Assembly: GCA_951406725.2 (NCBI GenBank)
Contig: OX597839.1
Coordinates: 9,796,001-9,860,000 of the forward strand
Direction: 5' to 3'
Source of the DNA: Octopus vulgaris
Taxonomy: Eukaryota
DNA: 64,000 nucleotides
Shown one piece after another: positions 40,691 through 52,152 of the stretch (position 1 is its first letter; each line of letters opens with the position of its first letter). Under the pieces are notes generated by a model. The model saw only the letters and a program-made list of their open reading frames with translations. It did not search any database and was not told where the DNA came from. A program made the position numbers and the translations under genes.

Positions 40691-40908
40691 CAAGGCGGCG
40701 AGCTGGCAGAATCATTAGCACGTCAGGTGAAATGCAAAATGGTGTTTCATCTGCCGCTGCATTCTGAGTTCAGATTCCGCCGAGGTCGACTTTGCCTTTC
40801 ATCCTTTCGAGGTCGATAAATTAAGTACCAGTTGAGTACTGGGGTCGATGCAATCGACTTACCCCTCCCCCCACAAAATTTCAGGCCTTGTGCCTATAGC
40901 AGAAAAGA
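40691..40908 (+). mobile_element. SINE family B variant with TSD atcatgtacactgatcca
   Basis: Family consensus plus the flanking direct repeat. Confidence 0.85.
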
Positions 40909-41725
40909 TCATGTACACTGATCCAGAACATCTGGTCATTTTCTCCTAATTTTCTGTCTGTCTGTATGTCTGCATTTCTCGCTGTCTCTCTCTCTCTCTC
41001 TCTCTAGATCTAGCTAGAGATCTAAAAATCTGCACAGTTAAAACATTTTGGTTCACCTGTCTGCCAGTTTTGAAGATAATCAAACCAAACTTTCATTTCG
41101 AGCCTCTCACCCCCAATTAGTATTTCTGCCAAATTTGGTGAAAATCCGTTCAGCCGGTTTCCAGTAATTTTGTAATTACACAAAGATGAACGATTACAAT
41201 ATCCCGCTTTGGCTTATGCGCACAAGGTTAAAAAAATTAAAAAGATCAAGTGACCAAATTAAAGATTAAAAACTGCATGGAAGAGAACAGACTAATGAGT
41301 AGCAGAATAGTTCATAAATAAAAATGACAGATATCCAGTGTTAAACACATTGATGTGGTATGATAAACCATCATTCGAACACAGTGTGAGTTAATGGCCA
41401 TGTTACTAACGCAATTGATAAAGTACTTTCCCAAAAGAATGAGTCACTGTTAAACTTCAAAAGGATATACATAAGGATAGGATAAGAAAAAGTCAAGTTA
41501 TTTGAAAGAGCAGTGTTTTGTATCTGATAAGAAATTAAATCTCACAAGTGTCAAAGTATGAAGTCTGTTTGTGTTATTGAAGAGTAAAAGATTTCTTTCA
41601 TAAGTAGGTAGGTGGTACTTTTAGTGATAACTATAGCACTAGGGAGTGTATGTCTCTCTTGAAGTTATGTTGTAGATTTAATCTTGTTTCTTTAAAATTA
41701 TCCACATTGAAGTTAGAGGTTAACT

Positions 41726-41962
41726 ATATTATTTACATTTGACGGATATTTGTCCTCATCTTGTTTGTTGTTAACACAACGTTTCGGCTGATATACCCTC
41801 CAACTTTCATTAGGTGTCTTGGGGAAATTTCGAACCTGGGTTCTCATTCCTCAAGTATTTTTCGATAGTATTATTATTATTATTATTATTCAGGTCACTG
41901 CCTGGAATCGTACTTTGAATCTTGGGGTTAGTAGCCCACGCTCTTAACCACTATGCCATATG
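41726..41962 (-). mobile_element. tRNA-derived SINE with hammerhead-like 3' domain (third copy, most complete head)
   Basis: Minus strand: A box TGGCATAGTGG, B box GTACGATTCC, (AAT)n, then AAGACAC CTAATGA AAGTTG...CAGCC GAAACGTTGTGTT. Homologous to both arms of 37502-37949. Confidence 0.8.
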
Positions 41963-42404
41963 ACTTCTCATTAAATAAGGATGAAAATTTCAAACCAGTT
42001 GAAAATTAATAAGATATGAGTAGATATTAAACTTTAAAAATGGTTGATTGTAAGTCTGTTCAGTGAGGGTAGACCAGGAGCTAAACAAGAACAAACTGTC
42101 AGATCATACAGGTCTACTCAGCCAGGGATAAAATAACAACAGTCTGTTATAAGTCCTTAGTGTATGTATCTGAGAGTGGAGTGTCTGGTAGTGAAGACTA
42201 TGCAGTGCCTGAGGAGTGTGCGGTTCCTAGTGTATGAGTGTATGTACACTCCAAGCATATTGAATGACACAGGCACATACACACTCAACTTCTCTCTCCC
42301 TCAAAAAGATCTCATTAAAAGGGATAATCCAAAAGAAAAAGGTTGTCTATTTTCCCCCAGAGAACTATATTTTCCAAACTGCTGCAGGTTGTACAAATCT
42401 GTAA

Positions 42405-43303
42405 ATCCATCTTGAAACCAAAGATGGTCCTTTTACTACTAGTGCTGACTTAAGCCACTCAAGTTGCTCATGGTAGATCTCTGTTGTCGTTTGGTTTGGG
42501 TTTAAAAGTTCTAAGTGGAGTAAACCTTTCATACCCACCAAACAGATAAGAAAACCATACGTGGGTGAAGACCTTCTTTAGCTTGGGATGCCAGTGTTTC
42601 TCTTCTTCCTACCCATTATCTTTGGTACTTGACATTTTTATAGAGAACTCATTTCTCATCACCAGTTACTATTCGGTTCAAAAGAGGTTCATTTGCGAGA
42701 CATGATAGCAAAGAAAAGCACACATTTACTCTCAGTGTGCAATTAGACTGGGGAAGTTTGTGAGGAACCCACCAACCTAATTTGCTGACTTATCCGACTT
42801 ATTCAGGTGTTGATGAATGGTTGAATGACCAAATCCAAGCTTCTCTGCTAGTTCCTCAACAGTTACGATGGGATTTTGTTCCACCAGGGTTTGCAGGACA
42901 TCCTTGTCGAGCTCTACAGATCTTCCAGTAGAAGGCTTATCTTCTAGGCTGTAGTTTCCAGCTCAGAATTTCTGGAACCACTGTTGACACTGGCTTACAC
43001 TTATTGTCAGATCCCCATATACTGCATTAATATTCCTTGCACTTTCCATTGCGTTGTTGCCTTTACTGAACTCATAAAGCAAAATATGCTGAATATGCTA
43101 CTTTGTCACTTTCATTATAGCTTTGAAAATACATACATTTTTAAATCGAACTGCATTCTTCAAAACTTACACTAAGAATAAATACAAGGTAAAATTACTA
43201 CCTGCTTTTATAGCAAGTTGATGCAGGTAGTCTATCCTGTCCCACTTTGACTTTTAGTTCATGCAATTGAATAAAACCACATTATTTACAGGATGATCCA
43301 ATA
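42405..43303 (-). mobile_element. Second mariner relic (5' part), absent from the ORF track
   Basis: Manual minus-strand translation from 43115: MKVTK*HIQHILLYEFSKGNNAMESARNINAVYG...WFQKF*AGNYSLEDKP...WVPHKL...RIVTGDEK*VLY...LHPRMVFLSVWW. TIR-like TA-ttggatcatcctgtaaataatg at 43303. Confidence 0.88.
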
Positions 43304-43574
43304 CATATAAATCTTTTGCACATTTCCTGCAACGTTCATGTGTTAATGTCATGTGGCAGTATATTTTGCACCTAAAAAGAAGATTGACATGGTTGGGTAA
43401 ACATGTTTAGTTATAATCAAGGCACTCCAAAATTAATCTGGCTGGTGGGAGAGTAGACAGGAGTCGTTTGTATCTAGTCCAGTGGCTAAAATTTAGGTTG
43501 TTAGTTGTGTAGCTTCCTCATGATAAGTGGCAGAATGAATTTCCGTGTGTGAATAGTTATTTGTGTATGTACTC

Positions 43575-43935
43575 TGTTAAAGTTTACGTCTTGGTTTGTA
43601 CTTCTGTATGAAAGTATTTTCTTTGTTTATCCATGCTTCATTTGTGGTATTCACTGAACATAGGTAGAGTGGGAAGATCTGGAATTTGGAGGACTTATTT
43701 TTTGCACATATATCTATGCGACCACTTAGTGGAATCTGTCTAGTACTAGGATCTCATATTTCTTGTTGGTGAATGGTCCGTCTATTTCTTAGAGTAAGCT
43801 CTGACCTATGTAATCTTCATTACATTCTTGACATTTGATAGCGCATATTAAATTCCTTGAAGAACATGTAAATTGACTTTTTACGGTAAAAGTCTGTCCT
43901 GATTTGAATTTGTATGTTGTGTCTTCAACAAGGTT
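43575..43935 (-). pseudogene. Penelope-like element GIY-YIG endonuclease remnant
   Basis: FTCSSRNLICAIKCQECNEDYIGQS...IHQQEI...FQIFPLY...KENTFIQKYKP fits the PLE pattern CxSxNxIYxIxCxxCxxxYIGQT. Contains stops. Confidence 0.75.
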
Positions 43936-44044
43936 GATGTAGGAATATAGCAGGAAATGTACAAAGGTTAACTTAATGTGCTCATTCTCTACAAACACCT
44001 GACAGAAAATATTCAGAGCATTGATTGTTTGGACATGATCAGTC

Positions 44045-44375
44045 AACCGTGTCAGCCTTAACTTATGACATCAAACATTGTCACTTGATACTAACACACA
44101 GACGTAACAGGAAATGTAGAAAAATTTCTAAGACCAGTCATGTCACTATCCTCTACCAATCAAATCCCATTCAAAACATATACTAATTTGAGACATAAAC
44201 TCCTTATAAAAATAGGGCAAGCTTCAAACACTAATCAGAAGTAAAACAGCTGTGACATAATCTACATCCTTCTATTTGAACCTTTTGAAAATTAGTGTAA
44301 ACTGTGAAACCGGTTAAAGCTTTAAATATATTAATAAAGAATATTTTAACTATTCTCAATGCATTTTCAACTTCT
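44045..44375 (+). mobile_element. Probable Penelope pseudo-LTR, inverted relative to the adjacent endonuclease remnant
   Basis: CCAAT (~44156) and TATAAAA (~44205) motifs, then a degenerate hammerhead ttgaaaa ttag tgtaaa ctgt GAAACCGGTT (~44286-44315) and aataaa. Confidence 0.4.
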
Positions 44376-44424
44376 ATTTTGATACACACACACACACACA
44401 AAATATATATATATATATATATAT

Positions 44425-44908
44425 TTGTGGTATTCACATTTCCTACCCGAAATGCAATTCGAAGAAGCCTGCCATTTACCGGATGTATTATATCTAAACT
44501 TCCCATGTGCTTCGTTGGAGTGGAACAGATAGCTGTTCGGCTTTGACGGTACAGGGTCGTTTATTTATGATATGTTCAGAATCAGTCTTGCTGATGAGTA
44601 CGGTCGCAACTGCGGTAAGTACGAAATCACAGGTGATACAAGACTAAATTCATTTTTTAAATATCTTGCTTTGAAAAATTGCATTCGGTATGATTAGTAA
44701 AATTTTTTGGTAGAAATGACTAATGTCCCTCTTAGCGTGTGGCATGTATGTGTAATAATGCCCTCTATATATAAATATAAATTAATATGTTCAATAAGAA
44801 AGAATTATTTTCGAAATTTTTCTCTTATGAGGTTTTTCACGCTATCTACCTGATAATTTCTTGTTAAGATTCCTTATTAAGAAGTTATCCTTAATTGTTA
44901 AATAATTT
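44425..44908 (+). mobile_element. Non-coding hammerhead-bearing element (retrozyme/Penelope-terminal-repeat-like) in a (TA)n tract
   Basis: The block is flanked on both sides by (TA)n, retains CpGs, has no credible ORF and contains the hammerhead. tacccgaaatgcaa (~44444) is imperfectly complementary to ttgcattcggta (~44679). Confidence 0.5.
44584..44645 (+). ncRNA. Type I hammerhead ribozyme with complete core
   Basis: Stem I AGTCTTG/CAAGACT, CTGATGA (44591-44597), stem II GTAC/GTAC with a 17-nt loop, GAAA (44623-44626), stem III ATCA/TGAT with a CAGG loop, cleavage triplet AUA ending at 44638. Confidence 0.85.
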
Positions 44909-44927
44909 TATATATATATATATATAT

Positions 44928-45219
44928 AGGCACAGGAGTGGCTGTGTGGTAAGTAGCTTGCTTACCAACACACGGTTATGGGTTCAGTCCCACTTTGTGG
45001 CACTTTGGGCAAGCGTCTTCTACTATAGCCTTGGGCCGAAAAGCCTTGTGAGTGGATTTGGTAGACAGAAACTGAAAGAAGCCCGTCGTGTATATGTATA
45101 TATATGTGTGTGTGTGCGTGTGTGTTTGTGTGTCTATCTTTGTTCCCCTAGCATTCCTTGACAACTGATGCTGGTGTGTAGATGTCCCCGTAAATTAGCG
45201 GTTTGGCAAAAGAGACTGA
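44928..45219 (+). mobile_element. SINE family A, 3'-truncated
   Basis: Consensus breaks off at gcaaaagagactga. Confidence 0.85.
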
Positions 45220-46550
45220 AAGAGCAATGGAGTCGTAATAGTTTCTGAGAATGTGTACTTTCAGGCGTACCACAAATTTATAGTTATTTGATGTAAAATG
45301 TTTGGCGAGTTCTGTCAAACTACTGTTATTGTGCCAAAGCAATTTGGTTTAATTTGTTTTTGCCGGTGGCACGTAAAAAGCACCATCCGTTCGTGTCCGT
45401 TGCCAGCCTCGCCAGGCCCCCGTGCCGGTGACACGTAAAAGCACCATCCGTTCGTGGCCATTTGCCAGCTCCATCTGGCACCTGTGCGGGTGGCACATAA
45501 AAAGCACCCACTAAACTCACGGAGTTGTTGGCATTAGGAAGGGCATCCAGCCATAGAAATACTGCCAGATCAGACTGGAGCCTGGTGCAGCCTTCTGGCT
45601 TCACAGACCCCAGTTGAACCGTCCAACCCATGCTAGCATGGAAAGCGGACGCTAAATGATGATGATGATGATAATTCTATACCTGGTTGCACATGTCAAT
45701 CCTATCCATAAAGATTATGAAGAGGAGAGGTGATAGTTTACACCTCTGGTGGAGCCTAATACACACATTGAGTGGTCTTGATTAAGTACCATTTATCCAA
45801 ACACAAATACAAGGGCATTTATATGGAGGCTACAAAAAGTTCCCATTAGAAAATGAGTCATCAATCTATGTGTTTTCATAGCTGGTAACAACGAAAAAGA
45901 GGAAAGAAGGAAAAAGAATGTAGGAAACGGAACACTAAGTCAAATAGTTTTGTGTAAATATGACGGAATTTTCACCGTCAGTTTGTTCATTCCGCCTGGG
46001 TGTGACATTAGTAATTCACAAACATATTTATCCCCATGTGTTCTGAGGACTGAAAGAGCAATGGAGTCGTAATAGTTTCTGAGAATGTGTACTTTCAGGC
46101 GTACCACAAATTTATAGTTATTTGATGTAAAATGTTTGGCGAGTTCTGTCAAACTACTGTTATTGTGCCAGAATTTTATTTAATTTTTTGGGGTTGTGCA
46201 ACCAACATAAATCAAGTTGTGTTTAGTGCATTCTGCTGCATACACCAAATAGGAATCATTACACATCCCACCTTCTGTATAAATCATAACATTTCTGTTA
46301 TGATTTGTGATGGAACTGACTTTGCCTCGTGTTTTTTTGCATGATGCTTTTCTGCTTTTTTTTTTTTTTTTGTTTCTTCTTTTTCTTTCCCTCGTGACCA
46401 GTTATGGAAAAGCAAAAATTGATAATGTTGTTTTGTCTAAAAAAGATATTCCAGTTTAAATATTGAATTTCTGTATTTCTGTGTTTTCCATTTTGAACCT
46501 GAGAAAGATAGATATACTGTCGAAATATTTCTCAATTCAATAAACAGATT

Positions 46551-46778
46551 TCAACCCTTTTGTTACTGTATTTCTGTTGAGATGCTCTGTGTTTCTTTCA
46601 GTTAATTTTAAATATATAAAGAATTTAGTAAAATAATGTAGTTATCATTAAGCTAGTGTTAGGAACATAAACTGTGACCAAGGTTTAGTGGAAGATTTTA
46701 ATTCACAACATATGCAAACAAGACATTTGTACTCAGAGCCAGAGCCGGTTTCAGCCAGGTTGGTAACGAAAGGGTTAA
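46551..46778 (+). mobile_element. piggyBac-type MITE family 1
   Basis: tcaaCCCTTT...GAAAGGGTTAA with the same body. Confidence 0.85.
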
Positions 46779-47631
46779 AAATCATCCTTTGCATGTTCAG
46801 TTGATTTTGAGGTATTATTTCTGTCCAAGTAGAAGGCTTTTCACCTCAACCTTCAAATGAAATCATTTGTTCTGTATATAAGAAGATTCGTGTATTGTTC
46901 CTGGTTCAAGCTCAGTATATCTTTAGAAAAAAGAATTCCATGTTCACTTTTTCCATCCCACCAGTTGGTATGCCAGAAATGTCTAGTATGCCAGAAGTAT
47001 CCAAAGTATTAGCAGGGAGGACTTCATATATTTCAATAACAATGGATCCATATAGAACCAAGGCACATCAACATGAAACATGCCACTAATTGGCTAGACA
47101 GTATGACACAGAGCTAACAATGCAGGATTTTGGTAATTATATATATAAAATTAGCATAAGTCATTATATCTCCTTCTCTCTCTCTTTGTCTCTATAATGT
47201 TTAGATGCCCATCCTCTTAATATACTCATTAAAAGCAATTTAACGGCTATAATACTTTCACTACCTCTCAATTTCATAGAAATACTAATAGATCATTTAG
47301 ACAGATAAACTTTCATACTTTCACTGTAAATGTATATCATGGAAGCATTAACGGACCATGTAACTGAATACATCTTACTATATCTTCTTGCTATAATGGG
47401 CGTTATGTCTGTCTATCTGTCTGTATCCACTTCATGGTCAAATGGCTGGACCAATGGCTATGATGATTTTTAGCATTACAAATGAGGTAATTAGGCAGGT
47501 TTTTAGAGAAAAAAATGTGGAAAAGTATGATTATTTAGTGGATATTGAGTGAACCACACCCCACTCCAACCAGCAGGCCAGCTAGTTTCTGGGTGTGTAC
47601 CCTTCTTACCACACAGCCATACCTGCACCTG

Positions 47632-47662
<31 letters not shown>

Positions 47663-47663
<1 letters not shown>

Positions 47664-47973
47664 GAGGCGCAATGGACCAGTGGTTAGGGCAGCAGACTCG
47701 CGGTTGTAGGATCGCGGTTTCGATTCCCAGACCGGGCGCTGTGAGTGTTTATTGAGCGAAAACACCTCAAGCTCCACGAGGCTCCGGCAGGGAGTGGTGG
47801 CGATCCCTGCTGTACTCTTTCGCCACAACTTTCTCTCACTCTTTCTTCTGTCGGCCTGCTCGCTTAGCCAGCGGGGTGGCGTCATTTGAAGGCTAAAACA
47901 ATGCGAAGCGCATTGTGACCAGCGATGTGTAGCAACATCTGATGGCCTGGTCGGTCACGGTGATCACAGTGAT
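47663..47973 (+). mobile_element. SINE family C variant in a TA/TG microsatellite
   Basis: ggaggcgcaatggaccagtggttagggcagcagactcgcgg head with a distinct 3' tail. Confidence 0.8.
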
Positions 47974-48654
47974 ATATATATATATAAAATTTTTAATTTG
48001 GTAATAAAATACCTGAATCTCACCAAAGAAAAACATTAATTTACTTGAAGACTGTAGCGTTTGACAGATCAATCCACACATAATGGTTTAAGATAACAGA
48101 AATGAATAACACTGCTAATTATATAAAAGAAGAGAAGGCAAGGCATCAGTTCTCTCTAAAGATTTTGAAATCTACAACTGAATACCTCATACATCACATC
48201 TGGCTCTTCTTGAAACTGATGAGGAATGGTGTATAAAACCTCAGAGAATATAAAATGTTGTTTTCCTTTGAGAGCTTCATTAGTAAAGAGAGATGTTTGT
48301 TTAAAAATAAATTGGTGGCGATAGTTTTATTTTGTTTTTGTCCACAAGCTACAAACAAAAACACATGTACTCTTAAGCAAGATCAAATGGACAAGAGTGG
48401 AGTGGAAGATTTATTTTTTCCTGACATTCATGTGTGTGTGTGTGGGGGGGTTATATGTGCATATACACATATTTACATACATATGCATAACACACACACA
48501 TATATATATATATATATTTACAGAGATGTGTATACACATATACATGCACACATGCACACATAGGTATATCTACAAACACACAAGTGTGTGTGTGTGTGTA
48601 TGTGTGTTATATGTGCATATACACATATTTACATACATATGCATAAACACATAT

Positions 48655-49127
48655 ATATTTTTACAGAGATGTGTATATACATATACATGCACACACATAT
48701 ATATATTTACAGAGATGTGTATATACATATACATGCACACATACATATATATTTACAGAGATGTGTATATACATATACATGCACACATATATATATATTT
48801 ACAGAGATGTGTATATACATATACATGCACACACATATATATATTTACAGAGATGTGTATATACATATACATGCACACACATATATATATTTACAGAGAT
48901 GTGTATATACATATACATGCACACACACATATATATATATATATATACAGAGATGTGTATATACATATACATGCACACACACATATATATATATATATAT
49001 ATTTACAGAGATGTGTATATACATATACATGCACACACATATATATATATTTACAGAGATGTGTATATACATATACATGCACACACATATATATATATTT
49101 ACAGAGATGTGTATATACATATACATG

Positions 49128-49175
<48 letters not shown>

Positions 49176-49200
49176 CAGAGATGTGTATATACATATACAT

Positions 49201-49243
<43 letters not shown>

Positions 49244-49269
49244 CAGAGATGTGTATATACATATACATG

Positions 49270-49302
<33 letters not shown>

Positions 49303-49378
49303 TTACAGAGATGTGTATATACATATACATGCACACACACATATATATATTTACAGAGATGTGTATATACATATACAT

Positions 49379-49410
<32 letters not shown>

Positions 49411-49495
49411 TTACAGAGATGTGTATATACATATACATGCACACACATACATATATATTTACAGAGATGTGTATATACATATACATGCACACATA
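48655..49495. repeat. Compound minisatellite, 16 units of tttacagagatgtgtatatacatatacatgcacac plus variable (AT)n
   Basis: Counted 16 cagagatgtg cores, plus one more at ~48521. Confidence 0.95.
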
Positions 49496-49516
49496 GGTAT
49501 ATCTACAAACACACAA

Positions 49517-49562
<46 letters not shown>

Positions 49563-49929
49563 ATGCACGCGTGCGCATAGGGGCATTCAACCACTCCTAC
49601 ATATATTTCTTTCAGACAATGATAAAGGAGTGGGCCAAAACGTCTATGTTTAGTGACCTGATAATCTGAAACAAACAAACAAAAAATGTTATTGGCTGAT
49701 GGTGAGGGTTTCAATTCAAAGCTTGGTGCAGTTGAGGAAATGGAAGACCCAAGTTTTTTGTCCATGTTATGTTTCTCTATAGAAATTGCACAATTAAATT
49801 GATATAACAATAAAAAAAGAAAAACATGTCTTTCTGAAAGACATGGTGGTATAATAAAGTAGGGTAAACACTCTGCAATGATACCTAGTACAGCCATAAA
49901 TAGTTTTCCATAGGCTTTTGCACCTACAA

Positions 49930-50444
49930 TACCGTAAATCCTCGAGCATAGTCTGCTCTTGAGTATAATATGCAGGGGATTTTTAGGGGGCTGTACCTCT
50001 GAAAAACTTAAACCTTGTGTATAATATGCACCCCTTCTCTAACTTGAGTCAAGGAGGTCTATATAACGTCCTTGGTTTGTAAAACTGTATACAGTAACAT
50101 CCTTTATTATTATTGTATATATAACATAATGCAAACGTGTAGCTTTTTTGTGCATTTTGTTTGCAGAAAATAAAGAAATAACAGTAATAACGTTTAATAA
50201 ATGTTGCTTATTGCAAGTTATGGATAATTCTTTTATGACTTCATTGCTTTCAGGCTTAGCTTAAGATATTTTCGTGCCCTACATCACAAAATGCGTCTGA
50301 ATAAACATTGCCAGGCAGCAAATAGAGACTCGGACATTGCTTAGAAAATAATTTTCATTTTTAACCTTGTATATAGTAGCACTAGGGATTTTGACCTTTA
50401 AATTTTGGGGGTAAAATGCGGATTATACTCGAGGATTTATGATA
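49930..50444. mobile_element. Tc2/pogo-type MITE
   Basis: TIRs TA-ccgtaaatcctcgagcatagtctgc and gcggattatactcgaggatttatga-TA, with subterminal gtataatatgca repeats. Confidence 0.8.
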
Positions 50445-50527
50445 CTTTCCTTTGTATCAGTCAGCTAATAACCTTCTGCATTGAATATCAGGTATTAACA
50501 GATCTAATTTCCTTATTTAACAATGGA

Positions 50528-50665
50528 ATGGAGTGTCAAAGGAAACATATCACTGTTGCTGGTCTGCACAAGGCAGGTCATGATGCATTTAACATTTTCA
50601 CACTGCTTGAACCATTTGGAATTAGCAGAATGTTTGTATATTTCACCATAAAGAGGCTTGCAGAT
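50528..50665 (+). mobile_element. N-terminal fragment of a maT (DD37D, Bmmar1-like) transposase
   Basis: MECQRKHITVAGLHKAGHDAFNIFTLLEPFGISRMFVYFTIKRL resembles the recalled Bmmar1 N-terminus (ALHKVG...IFKTL..LGISKMFVYRAINR). Confidence 0.6.
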
Positions 50666-50732
50666 CATCAGACTAGAGAGATGGAAATTTCACCCAGATC
50701 AATGTATTCAGCTACATTTTTTTTGTTGTTTA

Positions 50733-51277
50733 TTCCTTCTCGAGCCATGCCTGGCTCATAAGGGCCGGTTTCCCGGTTTCTTGGCGTATAGGTTCCTCAC
50801 CTGGACGGGACGCCGGTCCACCGCAGGTGAGCTGCAAGATGCAGGAGGAAAGAGTGAGAGAAAGTTGTGGCGAAAGAGTCAGCAGAAGTTTCGCCATTAT
50901 CTTCTGCCGGAGCCATGTGGAGCTTAGGTGTTTTTGCTCATAAACACACACATCGCCCGGTCTGAGATTCGAACCCGTGATCCCTCGACCGCGAGTCCGC
51001 TGCTCTAACCACTAGGCCATGTGCCTCCACAAAAATAAATGCACCCTTTTAAAGCCTAGCCAGGCTCATGGGCCCAGTTTCTATGATGTATGTGTTCCCC
51101 AGCTGGACGGGACGCCAGTCCATTGTAGCGTTACTCATTTTTGCCAGCTGAGTGGACTGGAGCAACATGAAATGAAGTGTTTTGCTCAAGACACACATGT
51201 CGCTCAGTCCAGGAATCAAAACCACAATTTTACGATCATGATGCTGACACCCTAACCACTAAGCCATGCGCCTCCAC
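50733..51277 (-). mobile_element. Two adjacent family C-related SINEs
   Basis: Heads at 51029 and 51277 (gtggaggc(a/g)catggc(c/t)tagtggttag). Confidence 0.75.
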
Positions 51278-51726
51278 ATTCAGCTACATTCCAAAGTCAT
51301 GACTGCAATGGCATTACTGCAGAGAATGGTCAACAACACTCACTGCAGCAACCACTCCACCTCAGGGGCTAGTTTCCCAGAAGTGTTGCTGTTAGTCCAA
51401 TTTTAAGGAGGAAATTAGTAGTGTAGGGGTCTGAGAACATTCATATAATTCTTTGTTTATTGTCATGTCGGAAACCATATTAATTATATTAAATACAGCT
51501 ATTTATTTCTTTTCTTTCCAATCCATATAGCTTACTATGAGAAACATTGAAATTGTACAATCAACAATATCACCATGTGACTGTTAAATACATCACAACA
51601 TCTCTCTGTATATAAACAGCAAAATATCTGTCTGTGTGTGTGTGTGTGTATCCTTTATACAAATCCACAATTTTTCAGTTAGAGGGCTCGCACTTTCTAT
51701 GGTCATTCAAAACCGTCCAAGGGTGG

Positions 51727-51768
<42 letters not shown>

Positions 51769-51770
51769 GT

Positions 51771-52152
51771 GGAGGTGCAATGGCCCAGTGGTTAGGGCAG
51801 CGGACTCGCGGTCATAGGATCGCGGTTTCGATTCCCAGACCGGGCGTTGTGAGTGTTTATTGAGCAAAAACACCTAAAGCTCCACGAGGCTCCGGCAGGG
51901 GACGGTGGTGATCCCTGCTGTACTCTTTCACCACAACTTTCTCTCACTCTTACTTCCTGTTTCTGTTGTACCTGTATTTCAAAGGGCCGGCCTTGTCACT
52001 CTCTGTGTCACGCTGAATATCCCCGAGAACTACGTTAAGGGTACACGTGTCTGTGGAGTGCTCAGCCACTTACACGTTAATTTCACGAGCAGGCTGTTCC
52101 GTTGATCAGATCAACCGGAACCCTCGTCGTCGTAACCGACGGAGCGCTTCCA
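51771..52152 (+). mobile_element. SINE family C variant in (TA)n
   Basis: Same head as 47663 with a different 3' half. Confidence 0.8.

Noticed and set aside
47663-47740. tRNA-like sequences (also 34106, 51771, 41900-41962)
   Set aside because: A and B boxes are present but the acceptor stems do not pair and they continue into repeat bodies; these are SINE heads, not tRNA genes.
48216-48250. CTGATGAGG motif
   Set aside because: No properly placed GAAA or stems.
48655-49495. Repeat-spacer look resembling a CRISPR array
   Set aside because: The 'spacers' are only variable (AT)/(AC) runs, the context is eukaryotic, and there are no cas genes.
48397-49669. Longest ORFs in the window (418, 332 and 302 aa)
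   Set aside because: Stop-free translation of the minisatellite; low-complexity Y/I/H/T/C.
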